Shown piece after piece: positions 58,511 to 64,000 of a stretch of 64,000 nucleotides of DNA. The notes under the pieces were generated by a model. It made no database searches. It worked only from the letters and a program-made list of their open reading frames with translations, and was not told the DNA's origin. Numbering within the stretch: the stretch's first letter is position 1; every line of letters starts with the position of its first letter. The stretch spans positions 798 to 64,797 of the forward strand of contig JAHIZT010000053.1 of NCBI GenBank assembly GCA_018814355.1, written 5' to 3'. A program made the translations under genes and the position numbers. The stretch is from Thermoplasmatota archaeon (lineage in GTDB: Archaea > Thermoplasmatota > Thermoplasmata > UBA10834).

Positions 58511-58632
58511 AACAGGGATTGTTGGGAAGATTGTCTTGCTAGTTAAGGCTTTTGACCTCTCCCACATCGGGGTCCAGGCAGTCCAGATTGACGCCTTAAA
58601 GACGAGAGGCTTTTAAGGGTTCGACGGCATTC

Positions 58633-60813
58633 ATGCTGGGGACCCGCCAAATGGTCACCGACCTGCGCATACCCGAAGGAATCGTCGTCCGGACCGCCAA
58701 GGGCGGGTCGGACTCCCTCAAGGGGATTCTCGAGGACCTGAAACAGTACAGTTTCACGGGATATGTCAGGGTGACCCTTCAGAAAGAAATCATGAGCTCA
58801 ATCGGGTACCTGGTGGTCGAGCAGGGCGCGCCGGTGATGGCCGTCTACGAGTTCGAGAAATCGAAACCGAGGGAGCTCAAGAGGATCTACACGGGAGAGA
58901 AGTCGCTAAGGTTCATCCTGGAGGACTCGCAGGATAGGGGTTCCAACATCGAGCTACACAGCAGGGTACCGATAGAGGAGTTCGAGCGGAGGTTCCCTGA
59001 TGCCAGGATCGACGAGGCGCCAGTGCAGGCAAAGGCACCCATCTTGGAAGCCGGGCAGAAGATTGAGGAGGAGGCCGAGGAGGAAGAGACTGCCGATTCT
59101 CAGCGAGGAATAGTCGAGCTCTGGCGCAGGAAGGGATTCAAGGTGGACACTCTCGAGGAGGCGCTCAGGAAAGGCCCTGGGGCGCTCGCGAAGGAGCTCA
59201 CTCAGTTCGAACAGGACGCGCAGAGGCTGAAGCAGTTCGAGATCATGATGAACAACTTCCCAATCCTTGGTCACGAGCAAGAGATAGAGGAGATCAGGTC
59301 GAAGCTAGACGACAGGGCCAAGATCGCGGAGATCGAATCCGACATTGAATTCCTTCAAGAGAAGATCAAGCGCAAGATCCAAAAAAGGAAGACCGTTGAG
59401 GAATCGATCAAGCAGGAGATGGAGAAGAAGAAACGAGAGGAGAAGTCCGCGGACGTATACGATCTGATACTGAAGTACCAGACAGCTCCTGAGGAGGATG
59501 TCGCGAAGAAGTGCCCCAGGTGCGGAGGACCGGTGGATGAAGAGGGGAGATGCCCCAAGTGCAGCGCTGAGGGGGCAGCCGCCGCGGCTCCTGCTTTCGC
59601 GAAGCCCTTGAACACGGAGATGACCTTTGACAACTTCGTCGTGGGTCCTGGGTCGAAGTTCCCAGTGGCCGCGGCCAGTTCAGTGGCCAGCTCCCCGAGC
59701 AAGACCTACAATCCTCTGCTCGTCTTCGGCGGATCCGGCCTTGGAAAGACGCACCTCATTTTCGCCATAGGTAATCACATGAGGAGCAAATCGAAGAGCA
59801 TCAAGATCATGTATGTTCCTGCGGACAAGCTCGTCGAGGCGATCAACACCTCACAGGAGGAGGCGCTAAGAAAGAGGATGAAAGAAGACATGGAGAGCGT
59901 GGACCTGCTCCTCGTCGATGACATGCAGTTCCTCGCAACCAGCGAACGAGCACAGATAGATATCACCCATGTCATAGACCATCTGATCGATTCCAAGAAA
60001 CAGGTCGTTCTCGCGAGCGACCGGCTGCCTTCCCAGATTCCCGGTTTCAGCGACAGGCTGAGCTCCCGCATAATGCTGGGACTCACGACGGACCTGCAGC
60101 CTCCGGACCTGGATACAAGGGTCAAGATCCTGAAGCTCAAGGCACGGGAGAAGAATCTGAAGCTGAGCGACGATATCGTCACTTACATTGCTGAGCGCGT
60201 CACGACCAATGTCAGAGAGCTGGAGAGCACGCTCACGAAGATCGCGGCTTTCTCCACAATAATGAAACTGGACGTGGATCTCAACCTCGTCTCTGACATA
60301 CTCAAGCCGCTGGCACCTGTTCAGGAGACAAGGAAGGAGATCATGAAGGAGGTCAAAGCGAACCCCGGACACTGCTACCTGGTCGAGGAGGAGCGGCCGA
60401 TGTACAGCAACGTGCTCCTCAGCAGGAAGATGGACGAAGGTTATGCTGGCATGGTCATCACGCGCATGAACCCAAAGCGTATAAGGGACGAGTTCAAGGT
60501 GCCTCCCGAGATTCTCTGGCTCACGGACAAGGAGAGTTCTCAAGAGAAGACTGTCGCGCCCTCTCTGGAGATGCTGATCCATGTCATACAGGAGTTCATG
60601 GCGCAGGGGGAGAAGGGAATGATCGTCCTTGACGGAATCCAGTACCTCGTGAGCACGACCAACTTCGAGGCTGTGCTAAGGTTCGTCAGAAGCCTGATAG
60701 ACGAGATCTCCGAGTCGAGCGCCATTCTCGCCATATCCATGAGTCCCGAGACCATGAAGCCCCAGGAAGTCTCGATTCTGGAAAGAGAGATGGAAGTCCT
60801 GAACCTGACCTGA
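58633..60813 (+). CDS. Chimeric protein: N-terminal domain of unknown function, acidic coiled-coil segment, zinc ribbon, bacterial DnaA-type AAA+ domain, C-terminal RecA-like (DUF835-type) domain
   Basis: DnaA domain-III hallmarks in order: TFDNFVVGP, YNPLLVFGGSGLGKTHL, LLLVDDMQFL, VVLASDRLP, RLSSRIMLGL, LQPPDLDTRVKIL, NVRELE. Preceded by CPRCGG...CPKC. No DnaA domain IV. Confidence 0.65.
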   Translation: MLGTRQMVTDLRIPEGIVVRTAKGGSDSLKGILEDLKQYSFTGYVRVTLQKEIMSSIGYLVVEQGAPVMAVYEFEKSKPRELKRIYTGEKSLRFILEDSQDRGSNIELHSRVPIEEFERRFPDARIDEAPVQAKAPILEAGQKIEEEAEEEETADSQRGIVELWRRKGFKVDTLEEALRKGPGALAKELTQFEQDAQRLKQFEIMMNNFPILGHEQEIEEIRSKLDDRAKIAEIESDIEFLQEKIKRKIQKRKTVEESIKQEMEKKKREEKSADVYDLILKYQTAPEEDVAKKCPRCGGPVDEEGRCPKCSAEGAAAAAPAFAKPLNTEMTFDNFVVGPGSKFPVAAASSVASSPSKTYNPLLVFGGSGLGKTHLIFAIGNHMRSKSKSIKIMYVPADKLVEAINTSQEEALRKRMKEDMESVDLLLVDDMQFLATSERAQIDITHVIDHLIDSKKQVVLASDRLPSQIPGFSDRLSSRIMLGLTTDLQPPDLDTRVKILKLKAREKNLKLSDDIVTYIAERVTTNVRELESTLTKIAAFSTIMKLDVDLNLVSDILKPLAPVQETRKEIMKEVKANPGHCYLVEEERPMYSNVLLSRKMDEGYAGMVITRMNPKRIRDEFKVPPEILWLTDKESSQEKTVAPSLEMLIHVIQEFMAQGEKGMIVLDGIQYLVSTTNFEAVLRFVRSLIDEISESSAILAISMSPETMKPQEVSILEREMEVLNLT

Positions 60814-60829
60814 AGAAAGCACCCTCACT

Positions 60830-62500
60830 CTACGCGGGCTTCTTCATCATCTCTTTGAACTCACGCATCTCCTTGAGCGCCTGTGGGTATTCCTCCGATT
60901 TCATGAGGGAGGTCGCCGACTTCAGAACCGTCAGCATCGGCGTGATGTTCACATTCCTGACCTTGGCGTCGATAAGCTCGTCCCTCGCCTTGCGCATCTC
61001 CTCGTTCATGCGGCCTGGTATGGACTTGTTCAGGCTTTCGTTCGCCATCTTGATGCTGATGTCCATTCTGTCGAAGTCCTTGGCTTCCAGGGCCTTGGAC
61101 GCTTCCATCAGAAGCCTCCTAGCGTCCTTGGTGTCAACAATGAATATCTCGCAGTCTGCGATGTAGTTCTTGAGCTGCCCGATCTTCTTCTTCGACTCAT
61201 TGTACCTGCCAGTGATCGGCAGCAGTTCCTTGGCCACCTTCTCGGCATAGACATAAGCGGCCTCGATGTCGCCGGCAGCTCTTGCTCGTGCGACCTCTTG
61301 AATGTAAGTCGTCGGTCTGGATACGTCTCCGCCAAACTCACGAGCGATCTTGATCTCCTCGTTCAGCTTGGTGATTGCATCCGCGAGGTGGGAGTCAATC
61401 TTGCCCATGAGTGCGTTCTTCGACTTCTGCACGAGCTCCACGGCCCTCTCGATCTGCCGCTCCCTGCCAGCAGCCGCGGCCTCGTCTATGAGCTGCTTGC
61501 TCTCGCCTATATCGACTTCCTTCTCACGGGCCAATGCCAGGAGTGGTTTCATCTCGGCGACCATGCGCGCGAGATCTCTACCCTTGTCTTTCGCTGCTGG
61601 TGGAGCGGGAGCCTGTGCAGGGATCTCTTCCTCGTGCTTGATTTCGCGAACTCGGACCTCGGCATGTTTTGGAGCAGAAGACGCAGGGGCAGGCGATGGC
61701 TTCTCGGTCAGAGTCGGCGTCTCTGGACTTGTCTCGGGTTTCGGAGTGGGCTCTGACGCCTTCTTGCCCCATTTGAAGAAACTTTTGAAGCCCTTCTTGT
61801 CCTCGGCTTTCTCCTCTTTCTTCTCGGGCTCGACCGGCTTGGCAGGCTTCTTCGAAGGTGCCTTGACTTCAGCCATAGGCGGTTCGATGTCCTTCTTTGG
61901 GGCGATTGCAGGGGCCTCAGGCTCGACGAACACGGCGCCGCAGCCAGGACAGGATTTGGCGTCCACACTGACAAGAGTATTGCAGGCTGGGCACTGGAAC
62001 ATCTCCACGCCCTCCTCGGCGAACATCACCCCGCATTTGGGGCACTGGGTCGCGGTCGCTTCGATAGAAGTGCCGCACTGTGGGCACTCAAAGGACTCGA
62101 CCTCAGCCACGACTTCCTCATCTTGAATATCAGGAGCTGGTTCGACCTCTTGAATCGGCTCAGGCGTGGGCGCGGGCTTCGGTTCAGGGACAGTACTGAT
62201 GTCGGCGCCAGGGGCACGTGAGAATATCTGCTTCGGAGACTCCACACGGGACGGCGGGGCCGTTTCAGGAGTTCTTTGAACTGGCGGCTTCTCCGAGGGC
62301 TTGGACATCGAGAATATTTCGTCAACGCGCGATTCCACAGAGACCCTAGGCGGAGCTGCTTGCTCAGGAGCCTTCCTGGCGGGCTCGATATCTATGTCGA
62401 ATATGGAAAGATCCGTTCCGCAGAATCCGCACTTCCTAGAGCCAGGCTGAAGGGGCGAATCGCAGATCGGACAGAGTTTGTCCCCGCTAGAATTTGGCAA
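60830..62500 (-). CDS. Triple zinc-ribbon protein with Pro/Lys-rich linker and alpha-helical C-terminal domain
   Basis: CPICDS...CGFCG, CPQCG...CPKCG and CPACN...CPGCG, then a PK-rich low-complexity linker and a ~230 aa helical domain. Confidence 0.45.
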   Translation of the reverse strand: MPNSSGDKLCPICDSPLQPGSRKCGFCGTDLSIFDIDIEPARKAPEQAAPPRVSVESRVDEIFSMSKPSEKPPVQRTPETAPPSRVESPKQIFSRAPGADISTVPEPKPAPTPEPIQEVEPAPDIQDEEVVAEVESFECPQCGTSIEATATQCPKCGVMFAEEGVEMFQCPACNTLVSVDAKSCPGCGAVFVEPEAPAIAPKKDIEPPMAEVKAPSKKPAKPVEPEKKEEKAEDKKGFKSFFKWGKKASEPTPKPETSPETPTLTEKPSPAPASSAPKHAEVRVREIKHEEEIPAQAPAPPAAKDKGRDLARMVAEMKPLLALAREKEVDIGESKQLIDEAAAAGRERQIERAVELVQKSKNALMGKIDSHLADAITKLNEEIKIAREFGGDVSRPTTYIQEVARARAAGDIEAAYVYAEKVAKELLPITGRYNESKKKIGQLKNYIADCEIFIVDTKDARRLLMEASKALEAKDFDRMDISIKMANESLNKSIPGRMNEEMRKARDELIDAKVRNVNITPMLTVLKSATSLMKSEEYPQALKEMREFKEMMKKPA

Positions 62501-62675
62501 CGAGTATTGCCTCCATGAAACAGCGGTCTCACTTTACGATATGCCTGGATAAATAGTTAATCGTTTTGATTTCGCAAATTGATAGCTTATACGGCGGCAG
62601 CTGTGCGCCAGTGTACCTGGCAGGAGGAGAAACATATTTCCACATGGGCGTAGTTGTCAATGTCTGGGGATCCTC

Positions 62676-63158
62676 GTGGAGTTGAGGTCAGTAAGGTTGG
62701 AGTTTCCCGAAAACGCGAACGTGATAGTTGGTCAGACCCATTTCATCAAGACCGCTGAGGACCTGTACGAGGCGATAGTGAGCTCCGTCCCTCAGGCGAG
62801 GTTCGGAGTGGCATTCTGCGAGGCCTCAGGACCATGCCTTGTCAGGGTGGAGGGCAACGACGACAGGCTGAAGAAACTCGCCGCGGAGAATGCGAACAGG
62901 ATCGGAGCCGGGCACACTTTCGTAGTGATACTTGAGAACGCCTACCCAATCAACGTCTTGAACAGGATCAAGGAAGTCCAGGAGGTATGCACGATATTCT
63001 GCGCGACCGCTAACCCCGTCGACGTATTGGTCGCGGAGAACGAGCGCGGAAGGGGCATCGTGGGCGTGATCGACGGAGAGAAGCCCAAGGGGACAGAGTC
63101 GGCGAAGGACGCTGAGGACAGGAAAGCGTTCCTCAGAAAGATCGGCTACAAGAGATAG
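62676..63158 (+). CDS. Adenosine-specific kinase family protein (PF04008-like)
   Basis: About 160 aa archaeal family pattern ([15 protein letters not shown]...[10 protein letters not shown]). Assignment from memory of family motifs. Confidence 0.4.
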   Translation: MELRSVRLEFPENANVIVGQTHFIKTAEDLYEAIVSSVPQARFGVAFCEASGPCLVRVEGNDDRLKKLAAENANRIGAGHTFVVILENAYPINVLNRIKEVQEVCTIFCATANPVDVLVAENERGRGIVGVIDGEKPKGTESAKDAEDRKAFLRKIGYKR

Positions 63159-63168
63159 AAGCACAAGG

Positions 63169-64000
63169 ATGAATCGCAGAATGAGACTCGACATCAAAAT
63201 CAGCCCTCTGGACCTCAACCTTACATTGGGCTGTGGCCAGACCTTCAGATGGCGAAAGGCTCCAGGCGGCTTGTGGGAGGGGCCGCTCGGGAATCAGTTC
63301 ATCAGATTAGGACAGAAGGGTTCAATCGTCCACATAGAGGCGAGCCCTGGAGGGCGAGAGGTTGAAGGACTTGTCAGGACGCACCTGAGAGCTGATGACG
63401 ACGTCCGAGGAATCCAGAAGGCGCTCGCCGAAGATCCCGTGATGGCGGCTGGGATTTCCGAGCTGAAAGGTCTCAGGATAGTCAAGATCGATGAGTGGGA
63501 GTGCCTGATAAGTTTCATACTGGCGACCTATGCGAGCATTCCGCGGATAACGAAGATGATCGAGACTCTGTCGACCAGGTACGGCGAGAGGATCGTCGCT
63601 GGAGTAAACTCATTCCCCAGTCAGGACAGGCTCCGAAGGGCCCCTTTGTCAGAACTGGCGAAGTGCGGGTTTGGATATCGCGCGAAGTTCATCCACGAAG
63701 CGTGCAAGGTCCTGGACGATGATGCCCTGTCGGAGTTCCAGAGAATGTCCAACAAGGACCTCAGAGATGAGCTGAAGCAGCTTCCTGGAGTGGGAGACAA
63801 GGTGGCGGACTGCGTCTCGTTGTTCGGTTTTGGCAGGCTCGATGCGTTCCCTATCGATGTCTGGATCGAGAGGGCACTTGAGCGCCTGTACCATCGGAAA
63901 GGCTCATACAACAAGTTGATGGAGTTCGCTCTGGCGCGGTTCGGCCCATACGCGGGGTACGCGCAGGAGTATCTGTACTACAACGAGAGGTTGCGCGCGC
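63169..64000 (+). CDS. ogg: 8-oxoguanine DNA glycosylase (Ogg1-family, HhH-GPD), 3' end truncated by the window
   Basis: OGG1 N-domain motif LTLGCGQTFRW and the HhH-GPD motif LPGVGDKVADCV with catalytic Lys/Asp. No stop codon before the window end. Confidence 0.6.
   Translation, partial: MNRRMRLDIKISPLDLNLTLGCGQTFRWRKAPGGLWEGPLGNQFIRLGQKGSIVHIEASPGGREVEGLVRTHLRADDDVRGIQKALAEDPVMAAGISELKGLRIVKIDEWECLISFILATYASIPRITKMIETLSTRYGERIVAGVNSFPSQDRLRRAPLSELAKCGFGYRAKFIHEACKVLDDDALSEFQRMSNKDLRDELKQLPGVGDKVADCVSLFGFGRLDAFPIDVWIERALERLYHRKGSYNKLMEFALARFGPYAGYAQEYLYYNERLRA

Overview
This looks like a high-GC (~58%) euryarchaeal chromosome segment with mostly housekeeping genes, possibly from a Thermoplasmata- or methanogen-related lineage (inference). 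Archaeal hallmarks are tRNA Cm56 methyltransferase Trm56, two FlaI-family ATPases, HdrA, an Lhr-type helicase, RlmE, a GYD protein and four archaeal-type tRNAs, with DNA gyrase GyrA/GyrB also present. Three regions stand out.

1. About 2.5-17.3 kb is rich in thiol/peroxide defence genes (OsmC, thioredoxin, nitroreductase, peroxiredoxin, AhpD-like, TrxB). It also carries an ABC transporter, agmatinase, an S9 peptidase and a Na+/H+ antiporter.

2. About 18.6-33.1 kb holds central metabolism. A LeuA-family synthase, LeuC/LeuD-type dehydratase and an E. coli-type isocitrate dehydrogenase sit together. Enolase, an Lhr helicase, RlmE, PurM and an orphan HdrA with a cysteine-less MvhD-like C-terminus follow.

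3. About 33.4-62.5 kb is the most unusual part. It encodes a type IV filament-like module: a pilin-like protein, two tandem FlaI-family ATPases, and a TadC/FlaJ membrane protein split by one in-frame TAG. Around it are a 1753-aa surface protein with a cytoplasmic triple zinc-ribbon tail and several zinc-ribbon/coiled-coil proteins. Some of these carry KaiC/RecA-like domains. One (58633-60813) has an unmistakable bacterial DnaA-type AAA+ domain fused to a zinc ribbon and an archaeal RecA-like C-terminal domain. gyrA/gyrB, thiC and a tRNA-Thr gene with a ~27-nt D-loop insertion and encoded CCA lie in the same stretch.

No CRISPR array, transposase or integrase is evident. Many long antisense ORFs in the six-frame track are high-GC artefacts. 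Note that the printed text at 11701-11760 does not match the ORF-track coordinates by one base, so nearby coordinates follow the track.
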